From Hypanus sabinus (Eukaryota): a DNA stretch of 64,000 nucleotides. A program made the position numbers and the translations under genes. Positions 51,759 to 63,985 of the stretch are shown piece after piece; position 1 is the stretch's first letter; every line of letters begins with the position of its first letter. The notes under the pieces were generated by a model, which did not search any database, was not told the origin of the DNA, and saw nothing but the letters and a program-made list of their open reading frames with translations. The stretch is from assembly GCF_030144855.1 (NCBI RefSeq), contig NC_082731.1, positions 25,606,001 to 25,670,000 of the forward strand. The letters run 5' to 3'.

Positions 51759-53324
51759 GTGAGTTTCGTTCCTATCTTCGTTTTTACTGCGATACCTGAT
51801 GAAGATGTGATAGAAAAGAAACTAAAATCACAATTGTAAACATGGATTAGGAAATCCAGTCAATTAATAGGAGGTTCTACAACTGTAGTAATCGTTATAA
51901 GGGTAACTGGAGAGAAGTTACTACTCTCCAGGCTCACTTGGACCTTCTGTTTGGAAATAGAAGAGAAATTAAAAATTAGCAGCAATGTAGCTGCAGCAGA
52001 AATGAACAAATAGTATATATATATGAAGCGGCTGACTTTGCAACGGAAGTAACAGGTGAAGAGTTAAAAATTAAACGAAACAGCACTTGCTCCCAACTGT
52101 TGCTCTGAGCAGGAAATTTTTAAATGGCCTAAAACCTACTGGCCTTTTAAAAGTGTTTTAGCAATATCAATTATAATTGCAATGGAAATCACATGAATTA
52201 TGTTTCATGTATTAATTGCGAGATATAATGAAGTACAGTACATAAAAGAAAGTTTTTCAAGTGTCGTACACTTTTAAATGTTCTTTGTGGAGCTTTCAGC
52301 AGGCCGGCGTTTCAGGAACAAGGAACCACCGATTTCTATTCTCTACGTATTGACTCATTTGTAACAGTTTTGCAACTTCAAGCAACAGACAATGTAAATA
52401 AGTTCAAGCCCAATACTATTTCAAAATAAAGGATCTGGTACGTCTACTATTTAGAAAACTTGTGTATTATGGTCATTAACGCTTAATTAATGACAGGGTA
52501 TTTCACAATTATATTAACATGTTTTTTCAAAATTATATCAGCATAACTTCAAAACCATATTAACATAAAAAAATAAATTTCAATCTGTGTAGCAACAACA
52601 GCTATGTGCGCGGGAGCATTTCAGCTACTGCACGGCTGTACACCCACCCAGCCTATAGGGGACAGTGAATGACACTGAAAATTCTGGAAACACGCAATAG
52701 ATCAAACAATGGCTGCAGAATCAGAAACGTTTTATTTTTCAGATCCATCAGCTTTCGACAGAAGAAATACTGTATATTTCAGATGTACCTGCGTTTAAAA
52801 TGTTTCTGGCTGGATTATATGGGATGGATGTACCCAATGGAAAGATAATTTGGAAGAATCATAACTCAAGGATTTGGAACAGAGCATTTAATCCCCAGCC
52901 ATTTAGCCCCGTGTATAGAGTTTGAATAACAAAGAAAAAATCTTCAGGGACATGGAATTTGAAGTTTAAAATAAGAAAAAAAATGGAATTCAGAATTGAC
53001 ATTAGTACAGTCAGAATATATGCAAAGAGAAGCAGTTAATATTTCTATGTATTTCATTCAACTCCTTCACAGGACGGTGAGATTAACGTTTATTCTTACT
53101 GGAACCGACCCACGGATTGGTCATCGGTATTACCTGCCACATTGTTATAGGCCAATACCTACATAAACCCAGACTGAGTACGGGCGGAAGCATCGTCCCC
53201 AGAAGCAGTAAGAACTGCCGCTCCTCCTCAGCTCAGGGGCCCTTTCAGTATAATCTGTGGATAATCGGGTTATGCTAATTGCACTGAAATATATTTTTAT
53301 GTCTCTGTTTTTTTTTGTGAATAG

Positions 53325-53622
53325 AAGCCAGAGCGGATCTCGTGCTGACACAGCCCCATTCTGCGTCTGCAGAGCTCAGAGCTACCTTGCGCCTCTCGTG
53401 TGAAATGACGGGAGGGTCGACTGATGACTACGTCGTTTACTGGTATCGACACCTTCCAGGAAAAGATATGGAATGGATGGTGAGGTATTACGACTCTTCT
53501 CGCATAAATTATGCTCCTAAACTTCTGGACAGACTGAAAACTAGCGCATATCGAAATAACGTTTACTTGCAAATAAATCTCATTGGAGTGGAGGACGCTG
53601 CTCTGTATTACTGCGCTGCAAG
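53325..53622 (+). CDS. Antigen-receptor V exon V2 (IgSF V-set, unrearranged germline segment)
   Basis: Polypyrimidine tract and acceptor AG at 53323-53324. Open frame DLVLTQPHSASAELRATLRLSCEMTGGSTDDYVVYWYRHLPGKDMEWMVRYYDSSRINYAPKLLDRLKTSAYRNNVYLQINLIGVEDAALYYCAA(S), with canonical Cys/Trp/YYC and an RSS directly after. Confidence 0.95.
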
Positions 53623-53660
53623 CACAGCCAAATAACAGACGGCTGATCTGGTGAAAAACC
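53623..53660 (+). promoter_or_regulatory. Recombination signal sequence (22-bp spacer, 23-class RSS) of V2
   Basis: CACAGCC - 22 nt (AAATAACAGACGGCTGATCTGG) - TGAAAAACC. Confidence 0.85.
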
Positions 53661-56249
53661 TCCATGCACAGGAAATCCGTAGGGGGAGCACTAGAGATAG
53701 GTAGTTAATTTCCTATCAGAATGAATCTATATAACACGATTATCTAGCATAGACTTCTCCCGTTGACTCAGTCACCACTGACATAAACCAGCAGTTTGCT
53801 ACTTTGAAATCATGAACTGCGGCAACTCACTAAGTCCTGTTAGAGAGCATCTTTTAACCGAACAGCTCCCGCAGCTAGAGAGACAAGGAGACCAAAAGCA
53901 TGGGGAACGTCAACCATTTGGAAATTGAGTCTCATCGGAACACAACAGATTCCTGACTTGGTAAAATGTTGGTCCTGCCTGGAACTCGCTTGATAGTAGC
54001 ATGTTGCACATTACTGCGCAGTTAAGACTGCACTGGTTCAAGAGGCCGCCACATTATCAAGAACAAGGAATAGTGAGCAATTGATTGACTGATCAGCCAA
54101 CGAAGCCAGCATTTCTTCAATGAATCTGAACAAAAGTAATTTCATTTGTAGACTTCAAAAAATGTCGCAGTCAAACCGTTTCCTTTCATGATTGCAGATT
54201 ACAGAGACCATGGTCGTCCGTCACCCATAACCCTATAACTTTTATGCTAGCTTTAATTTCTGATTCTTTAATTCTCAAACAGGTCTGCTCCGAGCATGTT
54301 GTTGAAGGAATATTTACTACTCGTTAACTAACTACTTCTTATTCTGTAATATTCTAATTATATCATATGGCTCGCCTTATTATATTGTACACTTACAATC
54401 TTTGCACAACTTTTCTACTGCACTACAGTTGTTGCGACATTCTATATTGTTCAATTCATTATTATTTTTTATTATTGCTATTAGGATGTAGTAGTAACAT
54501 CAGGATATGTTATCGTATAAGCACAGTACCGACAGAGTTTTATTGCCTCTTTTTGTATATGGAAATTACACAATCTAATTCAGTCTTCACAGCATTCATA
54601 ATCAGAATCAAAATATGTCTAATATCACCTTAATGTGTTGACTTTACGAAGAACTCTTTGAAATGGTCTATCAATATGTATTTTCCATAGGAGATCTAAT
54701 TTAAATGTTTGTTATACATAACTTTAGACCTTCCTCTTAAACAGCTCTGAATATTTTATTAGAATGAAAACGACTGTGTGAGAAGAGGAAATATTTCCAC
54801 GTCAAGGTATACGTCCCTAATTGGGCACTAACGCAAGATTTCTCAATGCTCCTAAAACACAGAATAACTATCAGTACGAATACTCTTCTTCCGCCTTTAA
54901 AGGTCATTGGATGAAAGCTGCCAGGCGTCAGAAGGGTGGCTGTACTTCTTCAAGTGATCTTGAGTTTCTACTTGCATCATGAATTCAACGTAAATAGGAA
55001 GAGATATGAGGAAAATATTTGGTGGTGGGGGTGAGGCGTGTAAGAGTCTATACAAAGCTATATTAACTTTCTTAGGTTCCTGCTCCCACCGTATGGTAAT
55101 CTTTAAAACATTGGCAGAGTTCGGAATATTGTATGAGTTTCGTCAGTGGAGGTGTTGGGAGGCTATATGGTCCTGCATTTTCTCATGTCACATAAAAGTT
55201 TAGATGGCCAGTGTTAGTTGACGCTTGTTTCTGTGTGAGGGGACAGGATCTGTGACGCAGAGTTAGACAGTATTACGAGGAGAACAAGACGCGGAATTAG
55301 AGAAAGTTAACTGTCAATGTTTAGTGTTAGTCGATCTAGACTCAAAGTGGAAAAATGACCTGATTTATTGCTCTATCTATCTATAGATTCCATTTCAGGA
55401 ACTTGCTGTCCAGCAAGCATGTTGCTGCCTTTTGTTAGTTCTCAGCGTGTGGGTGCGAGTGGACAGATGCAATAAATGAATGGCCTTTAGCAATGGAAAC
55501 AAAACATGTATGTTGAAAATGTATATCACAAGAAGAGTCGAACTGGAGACAGAGTTTAATTACACCGAAATGTTACGACGGGGAGGTCAGAAAGAATGTC
55601 ATTTTCATTTTCAGAGAGTGAGAAGCGCTCAGTAATGCACTGAACATCCTCCTATGACGAGGTGAGACATCAGTATATGCAAACCAAGTCACCCGGTTAA
55701 AAGAACAATAAGGAAAGTTCGGCTAAATTCACACTTAGAAACAAAGAGTAAATTGAGCCAATCCAAGAAACATAAAGAAACGCAAAGAAATTGCGTACTT
55801 CATTGGAGAGGGAGATTACCAGATATTATTTTACTAACGAGAAAAACATCAAATATTACAGTGAACATCACAGTATGAGAAGATGCATCTATTCCTTTCA
55901 ACCCTTTGCAACGAAAACTAACTTGTTTCCCTCGCAGGCGGGAGGCTGAAAGAAGGCGACGTGTCACAATGAGATCATCCAGCTAATTAGGATTTCTTTA
56001 CAATTGTATTCAACTTTCCTTCTTTTTGAGGCCCTGTCAAGTCTTATACGAAGCAGATATATGACTCTTTTCTTGCCTTAGTCCATGTTTAGGAAAATCG
56101 GATTAGTCATTAGACTGGCACTGTTGAAGTACGGTATTAAATTTGCTCCAGGTTTCTGCATTCCAGCCGCAGCGACGGCCTTAGATTTTCCTTAGTTTGA
56201 GAGTTTTAGTCATCGGCCTTAATGGCCTAGCGTTTATTATTTCCCCGTT

Positions 56250-56900
56250 CTGTACAGTTCCGAGAAATGCTCAGGAAATTGTTCACTATATGTCTGTGTC
56301 TCTCCCATTGCAGTTGGGCCATCATTGAATATATGTTAGCAGGACTTGACTACAAACGAGAAAACAGATGCAATTCCTTTGTCATGTATGAGTGAAGGTA
56401 ACTTCAGTGGAGGTTGGGTTGGCAATTAATCTGAAAGCATCAAGCCCAGTTCAAGCTGGCTCTTTTGGCCGCTATCCAGCATTTCTCCAGCAGGTAAATC
56501 CCAGTGATGCCCTAATTCCCTTACTGCTTCTGGACGTGAACCAAACAATCCTACATCCGGTAGAATGTTCGGTGATCCAGACGGCTGCAGAAGCTGTTTT
56601 AACCAGTGTCCGCTGACTGTCCAATAGGACCATATAGTTCTGTTCAGTCTTTTTGCACTGTGGCTGGCTTACATAATGAATCTCTTAGTAAGAACCCAAA
56701 TGAGCCCGTCCAATACCATACTATAGCAAGCTTCTTGTGCAACACAGCTTTTCTGGTAATTTGTATTGAAGTCCAAGAGACTGTTTGACTTTCCAGTAAG
56801 AGGGAGACTACCGCCGACCACTGGAGCTGCGTCATGGGGAAGGCACCGTAAGAGTCCACGCCGCAAATTTCTGCAAACTGCTGTTGAAACTGGTTGAAAC
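56250..56900 (-). mobile_element. Degenerate L1/Tx1-like LINE ORF2 C-terminal fragment
   Basis: The minus strand encodes W.YWTVSGHW, LFG and LLEKCWIAAKRASLNW, resembling the L1/Tx1 C-terminal H..W.C..V..FW / AKR.I..W pattern. Confidence 0.5.
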
Positions 56901-56929
56901 GAGAGATCTCTCATCACAACATTCCATCG

Positions 56930-57310
56930 TGGGTTAAGTACAGGGGTTCGACATGACTGTGGGAGAGAACTGAAGTTAATTTGGCTGAAGGTGATGAATG
57001 AATCTACAACGAGCAGCAGGTGGATTCTACTAATGCCGTGGAGTGTGGTGTTTTCTGCATAGGACGCTGTGAGATGTCAACGAGAGTCAGCCTGACAAGT
57101 GTCTGTCTATATCTCATGTGGTTCATAATTTTGTCGCAGACGGTCAGCGCCCTACTGACTGGTTCACCCAATTGCCTGTTCCTCACTGCCCCTCGTATCA
57201 CGTCTCGGTAGATTTTATCACGGGTCTCCCTCTGCCAGACGGAAACAGTGCAATCCTGCTAACGTAGACCGGATCTCGAAAGCAGCCCACTTCAGTAATC
57301 TTCGCAAGCT
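56930..57310 (+). mobile_element. Gypsy integrase fragment
   Basis: LPVPHCPSYHVSVDFITGLPLPDGNSAILL...KAAHF-like sequence at 57170-57295. Confidence 0.75.
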
Positions 57311-59986
57311 CCCGACAGCGCGTGAGACTGCCATAATTATGGTTAAGCTCTTTTGTTTGTTTTCAAACTGCAAGGATTCACTAGCACTAGAGACATGGTG
57401 CCTTATCGAGGGCCTCTTTATGTGCAACTTTTGAAAAGCTTTATCGTCTATTTTGGTTGCCACAGCCAGCCTTTTATAAGATTTCCACTTCCAATCTAAC
57501 TACCAGACTTGGAGAGTGAATGGCGAGGTTGTGATAACAACGCACTGTCTTGCCACTTATATCTCCACGGCAGGCATCCCCAGAATGAATTGCCAGACAC
57601 TGCCGATAACAAACAGCCATGTAGTCAATTGTGCGTGACTATCTGAACGATAAAAGTGATTCCAACCAGTGTCCTTGGCTAACCAAGATATCCGCGTGAT
57701 AAGACCGGTTACTAAGCAATTTCTGTTTCACCACAATGTCACGAGGTGGCAGGCTAGGTCTTCTCTCTTTGCTCTCCTCACGTATCCCCAAGGCGCAGGT
57801 ATGAAACTTGTTTTATATGCTGTAAGGATTCGCTGCCAATGTAATGATTCTCGGCAATGCTTCAATGATTATATTATGGTTTCTCGGTAACAGCATTGTT
57901 TGTGTTACAACTAAAGATAAATGGAGCTTTGTAATTTGTGCCATCCAAAGAGAGGTATGTTGTTTTAATTTTCTTGTGTGGAGAGAGAGGGGAACTCAGT
58001 ATTTTGTTCCGTAGAAGATGGAGAGTGCTGATGCCTGAGCAGAGAAGTCGTACACGACAGGGCGGAGTAGAATTGGAATGGGTCGGGAGTCGACGCATAG
58101 GGAGAACATGGAGGAAGAGCGAACCGACGAGAAAACCCTGAGCACCGACGTTGCGAGTTATACTGCTCCATGAGATGCGCCATTTTACATTATTCTTTAC
58201 TAACCCTATAGTCAAATTAGGAATTATAAAACCCAATCATTTAATTGCGTATTGTGTACTGTTTGATACTACGAAGTACATATTTGTAACGGGAACGCAC
58301 AACGCAGCATCCACCCAGATACGATTTCTCTAGTTTGACCGGGCCAGAGCTTGTCTATCCGGAGATGAAATCGCCAGTCGGACCTGAGGGTTGCACTAAA
58401 CTAGTCAGTCCTACATAATATCAATCAGTCCTTGAAAGTTGGAGGAGAGGATTGATAATATTGTGCAACGAGTCAGTTACAGAAGTTAACAGTTGTGGAA
58501 GCGGTTTGTAGTTGTTCTGCAAATTCTCATCAGATCTACGGACGACACTATTTAGTTAGAAGGGACACAAGCGCCAGCAGAGATCTCCTTTAATGATATG
58601 GAATATAGAGCCACAGTTGGGGGAATCTGATAGCCTAAAGCTTGTGAGCTGCGTAGTGACATCACGGCATGAAAATAGCGTGCGGTCGATATGAGTTAAT
58701 ACTATTTTACGCTGGAAAATAAATACAGAGGTGCTCATACTCTATGGTTTTGGTGGAATGGCTGGAGATTATGCTTTAAAAAAGGGAAGATCTATGAGTT
58801 TATAAAAACAATGTTTTTACTGATTCGAACAAGTAGCAGCCCAATGACATTAACAAATTCGTACAAGGATACCTGCATGAGCTAAATAGGCATGTTGAAT
58901 TTGTTGTATATACTGGCTACAAAATGATAATATCACTTTCGAACTTTGCCAGCACTGATGGTCACAAGTTTCGGTGGGGGGAGGGGTGCGCGAAAGCTAA
59001 TTAGTTTTTTTTTAATATAGTGGAATATGTGAATGTAAAGGAAGTTCGAATATTCTCTGTGTTTAACAGAATATTCGTGGAACAGCGTTTGCACTACGCA
59101 AGGCACAAATCTGGTTATCCTAACTTTGATATCATAATCAATCTGTAGGTCTTGAAAATCTGCAGTTGAAATAGAAAATGTCTTTACCTGCGGAACGAAG
59201 AGCAGTTTCAAGTCGAAGACATTTCATCAGATCTGAAATATAAGCAGCTTCGCTCCTTGCATGTTCTGAATGTATGACGGAGTGTTTCAAATCCATGTAA
59301 TCATATAATACGCAGAAAGGGGATGGTATTCTGATTATTATGTAGATTGAAGTTCGAATTGATTTATTAAACATGCAGCTCTTCACTCCGCTGAGGAATC
59401 GTTGAGGGAAATGCAGTGAATTTTGGAGTCAATGTATTGCCTTAATTATTTAGCACCTGGATTAGAGACATGAAGTCATAAATAAGCGCAGCTCATACAG
59501 AAGGTCCAACTAGCCATTTTGCACAAGTTAAATCTCTTTAAACTGCCTACTCCAGTTGACCTGCACCGCAATCACGGCCCTCCGTACGCATGCTCTCCAG
59601 ACAGCTATTCAAACTTCTCTCAGACATTGAAATCGGTCTTCCATGCACCAACTATGCTAGCAACTCATTCCACAATCTTACGACCCTCTGAGTAAAAGGG
59701 TTTCTCCTCATCTCCCCCTTAAACCTCACTGTTCACCCTTAGCGCATAACCACTGGTTGTAGTCCCACCTAATTCCAGTGGAAAAAAGCTTGCTTACATT
59801 TAACCTAGTTATATCACTCATAATTTTGTATACCTCGATCCAGTTTCCTTTCAATCGTCAAACTTCTACGGAATACATTCATAATCTATTCAACCTTCCG
59901 GTGTAACGCTGATTCTGCAGTTCTCGAAATATCCATCTAAATGGCCTCAGGAATGTAATTTCTTCCTCCTCTGTAATCTACACAGG

Positions 59987-61140
59987 TGTCACGGTCCGGT
60001 CCGTAAGATCCGCATTCCAGTTCACGGTCTAATCCGTGGAAGCCCTACTCCAGTTATTGCGTTTTCCCATTGCTCCGTTGGGTGCCTTAACTAAGGCACC
60101 TGATTCCCGTTTCGGGCTGGTAACATTAATAGCTCTGGGTTTCATTTTTTCCTTGCTGTACAATCCTCGTCTGTTAACTCGGAAGAAACCTCGTCAGTAA
60201 CCTTCATAGTATCATCGACAGCAACGTTGACAGCAAGCTCGGCAGCAACCTCGTCAGCGACCTCATCAGCAAGCTTGTGTGTTTTTCCGTCAGAATACCA
60301 GTCAAGTAAACCTGCCGGTCGAGGAATGGCCACTGCCCTGAGTGGGGAAACGTATCAGTGTACAGTGCCCTCTGTTTAGGAAGTGCCCCAGCTTTACGTC
60401 CTGTGTCCATGGGGGAGCCCTGGAACAGTGTCCCATGTCCTGTGTCTAAAACGCGTCCCGGTTCTATGTCCTGTGTCCAAGGAGGACCCCCAGCTCGTTG
60501 CTCTTGTGTCCTATGTTTAACTGTAGTCTGTGTCTTGCACAAGTCAAGATTCATGTTCCAAATCCATGTCAAGATTACTTTCCACGTCCAATTCGAAGGG
60601 CAAATTCAAAATTCCAGTCGAGAGCTAAGTTGCAAGTTCATGTCGAGAGTCAAGTTCCAAGTTCCAGACGAGGGTTAAGTTCCAAGTTCAAAACCGAGGC
60701 AATCCCCAGCCAAGCCCAGAGTCAACTCTAAGCCAAGCCCAAAGTCAACTCTAAGCCAAGCCCAGAGTCAAGTACAAGCTAAGCTCAGAGTCAAGTCCAA
60801 GCCAAGCCCAAGTCAAGTCCAAGCAAAACACAGTCAGGTCCAAGCCAAGCACAGAGCCAAGTGCAAGCCAGTCCGAGCTCCAGTCAAGAACTAAGTCCAG
60901 ACATAGGTTCCGACTTCCTGCCAAGATCCGAGTTCCGAGTCATGACCCGAGTGCACTGTCAAGTTCAAGCCCCAAGTCCACGTCCAGGATTTCGGGTTGG
61001 TCGCCCTACGTCCACCTGTGTGTTATCATTTTGTCCTTGCACCCATGCTTACCTCGCATTTTAATAAACATAGTCCAGTCCCTAGAACTTCAGTGACAGT
61101 GTTTTGCAATTGGGCCGGCTTCCATTGCCCCCTTGTGACA
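59987..61140 (+). mobile_element. Solo-LTR-like element carrying a ~22-bp minisatellite (copy 2)
   Basis: Termini TGTCAC...GTGACA; flanks acagg / acaag (degenerate 5-bp TSD); gagtcaagtccaagccaagcc units at about 60700-60880; AATAAA near the 3' end. Sits within CR1 remnants. Confidence 0.75.
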
Positions 61141-62269
61141 ACAAGTCCATTAATTTGTTACCGCAATGCCCAACTTTTATAACTTCTGACCTGTCGCCTG
61201 AGTAAATATGGATGCAAAGAATTAATTTCAGCACTAGCCTATATGTTCTGGCTCAACACAAGTGAATTATCCTTCTGGTGTTCAAGGAAGACCGAATTTG
61301 CTCCTTCCGATCGTTTTACTCTGAAGATATCTGTGAAATTTCTTGTGATTTTCCTTCAATTAATCTTCCAGAGCACATTCGCGCCTTCATTCCTCCTTAT
61401 GTTTTTTTTTTATATATGTTCTCTTGTATTTCTTATCCTCTGTAAACTCCATATTTGCTCCTATTAGCCTTTAACCGCTGTGCATTTCCCTTTCTCTCTT
61501 AACTATTGCCTCATTGCCTCTTTAGCACCAAGGCTCCCTGCAATTGTAATGTTTACCTTTTATTCTGACAGGCACAATTACGCAGTTGAACTATTTTTCA
61601 GATCTACTATGTCCAGTTGAAGCATCAACAGCGGCATTGCTGGAATGAAATGTTAAACATTATTCTTCGTCCAAGAGGACGACGAACTTGCAGTAGGGTT
61701 TGGATGACCCAGAGATCTATATTAGCTGGGGTCAAAACATTTGTGGTTTGCCTTTGGTAGGGCCACCCATCCCAAACAAGTCAAAGGATAGAGGGTATAC
61801 TGAGAGCAGTCCACTGATCCTCGAGAGTCGGTGATTCTCCACGACTGAGTCTCGCTCTGTACCTCAGGAGCGAAATGGAGAGAAGAGGCGTGATGTGAAA
61901 ATAGGGAATTTGTTAGTTAGTGAAACGGAAATGCGGTTCTGTGGGCTATAACGAGTTTCCCGGATGGCATGTTGCCTCACTGGTACCAGAGACGGGACAT
62001 CTCAGATCAAGCCCTGAGCGTTCTTAAGTCGAATCGTGTACCGCCAGTGTTCATTGTCCACATAGTTACCAATGACATGGGTAGGACGAGCGACGTCGTT
62101 CTGCATTGGGAGCTCAGGGAACTGTGTTAAAGGACAAAGCATTCAGAGTTGTGTTATCAGGATTTCTACCTATGCCACATGCAAGTGAGTTCAAATATAT
62201 TAAGATCATACATTTTCACACATAGTTAATTTGTTGCTGTCAGAGGGTGGGCAGAAGATGTTTGTAACT

Positions 62270-62530
62270 TTGAGCTCACTTTCTGCGAAGGTAGCCTCTG
62301 TGTGTCCTTGAGCAAGGCACTTAACCACACATTGCTCGGCAACGAAACCGGTGCCAGGCTGTATACCAAATTCATCCCCTTCCCTTGGAAAGCATTGGTG
62401 GCGTGGAGAGGGGAGACTTGCAGCTTGGCCGGTTTTCAATAAAAAAAACCTTGCCCCAGCTGGAGCCCTGGAAATATTTCAAGGTGCAAATCCATGGTCT
62501 ATCGAGACTAACGGAGACCTACACTACACG
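62270..62530 (+). mobile_element. SINE-like element
   Basis: Contains tgtgtccttgagcaaggcacttaacc, a core motif typical of fish tRNA-derived SINEs. Confidence 0.55.
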
Positions 62531-63880
62531 CTAAAGCCCTCCCACTCACAAATTACACCATTGCATGAAAAAAAAAGAAATGCTTGTCGCAACCTCCCCT
62601 TTGCCAGACCATTTCTGGTACCCGGAAAACTGACTTTCTCCAATTCTAAATTTCAACCGGCGGACCAGACATATTTTTTCCATATAGACTTAAGATCTTA
62701 CTGTATTATTGTCACTGGATGCAAAGTTTTACCCTGCACAAAATTCTGTCACAGACAGAATCAACAGACTGATAAAAGACAGTTTCCTGAACTAATCTGG
62801 ACAACTGCATCACATCTAATCCCTTTTACAGAATGAGATTCCCAAACAATATCTGGAAAGTTAACTATCAGCTACGATGTCTCGCTACGATGTTATGTCC
62901 CTCTTCAGTTCAGGTGCAGGAAGTCCCTTCTGTGCAGGACCTACCTTCACAGTAAGGGAGCTGAGAGATCAAAAAATCTTATGTCCACCTTCATGCATAA
63001 TCTTCTTAACCACGTGTGAAAATGTATAGTCTTCCTATATTTGGCCTCACTTGCATGTGGCATGGGTGGAAATCCTCAGATCACAGCCCTGAATCCTTTA
63101 GTGAAACTCCTTGAGCTCCCCGTTTGAAACCTCGTCACTCCTCCTAACCATGTCATTGTTAACAAAGTGGACCATGAACTCTGGCTGTTCACGCTTCTAC
63201 TTAAGGACACTCAGGGGCTCCATCAGCTAAATCTCTGCCTTGGTATCAGGGCGGCAACATGCCATTCTGGAATCTCGTTTTTGCCCAGAGAACCGTATTT
63301 CCTTTTCCTTATGTAACGAATCCCCTTTTATGACAGCACGCCCCTGCTCTCCCCTTCGCTTCTCACTCACAGAGCCAGACTCTGCACGGGAGTATTCCCG
63401 ACTGTCGAGGATCAGTGGACTACTCTCAGTATAGACGCTTTAATTTGACCTGTTTGGGATGGGTGATCGAGCCAAGAACCGAACCACAATTTCTTAACTC
63501 CAGCCAATAAAGATCCCCGGGTCATTGAGGCATGCAGCCTCCAAGCCTTACGAAGTTTGTCGTCCTTTTGGAGGAAGAATAATGTTCAATATTTGATTCT
63601 AGCTATGCTACGGTTGATGTTTCAGCTGGACACAAAAGATTTGAAAAGCAGTTTCCAGGTTAAGAAAGCATAATGCGTTTTTCCCATGAACCATGTACTT
63701 ACGATTTCAATACAACAATATATCATTTGTTCTAATGACCCGCAACCTAATTCCGATTGTTAGTGGGAGTGGGTTATTCATGATGACTCTCGCTGATCTC
63801 AACATGCCACCATTATCACCACTACGAAAAGAGGTGGGATGATCAGTGATACTACAGATCAGGTTGTAATCTTTCAGCGC

Positions 63881-63907
63881 ATGTCTATCTATCTAACTAT
63901 CTGTCAG

Positions 63908-63960
<53 letters not shown>

Positions 63961-63985
63961 TTATCTATTAATCTATATCTCTCTA
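63881..63985. repeat. (TATC)n tetranucleotide microsatellite
   Basis: Direct reading. Confidence 0.95.

Noticed and set aside
53960-54005. J-like GPGTRLIV (after removing a 4-bp duplication), 330 bp after V2
   Set aside because: No RSS and no splice donor; the sequence matches a common elasmobranch LINE 3' tail (atcctgacttgg...cctggaactc...ggactgca...ggttcaag).
55005-55045. KIFGGGG J-like motif
   Set aside because: No upstream heptamer or nonamer and no T.L.V after FGxG.
56314-56620. Plus-strand C1-like pseudo-exon (GPSLNI...LSCM...VECSV) 2.7 kb after V2, with an adjacent RSS-like CACTGTG at 56656
   Set aside because: It needs a stop and a frameshift, and the opposite strand reads as L1/Tx1 ORF2 C-terminus (IAAKRASLNW). 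No J or D coding sequence follows the heptamer.
58645-58654. AGTGACATCA, a TCR V-beta-type promoter decamer
   Set aside because: No leader exon or V exon follows on either strand.
32335-61140. Idea that recombination between the two inverted LTR-like copies flipped V2
   Set aside because: Copy 2 retains near-matching flanks (acagg/acaag) and sits within CR1 remnants on both sides, which argues against flank exchange. Not formally excluded.
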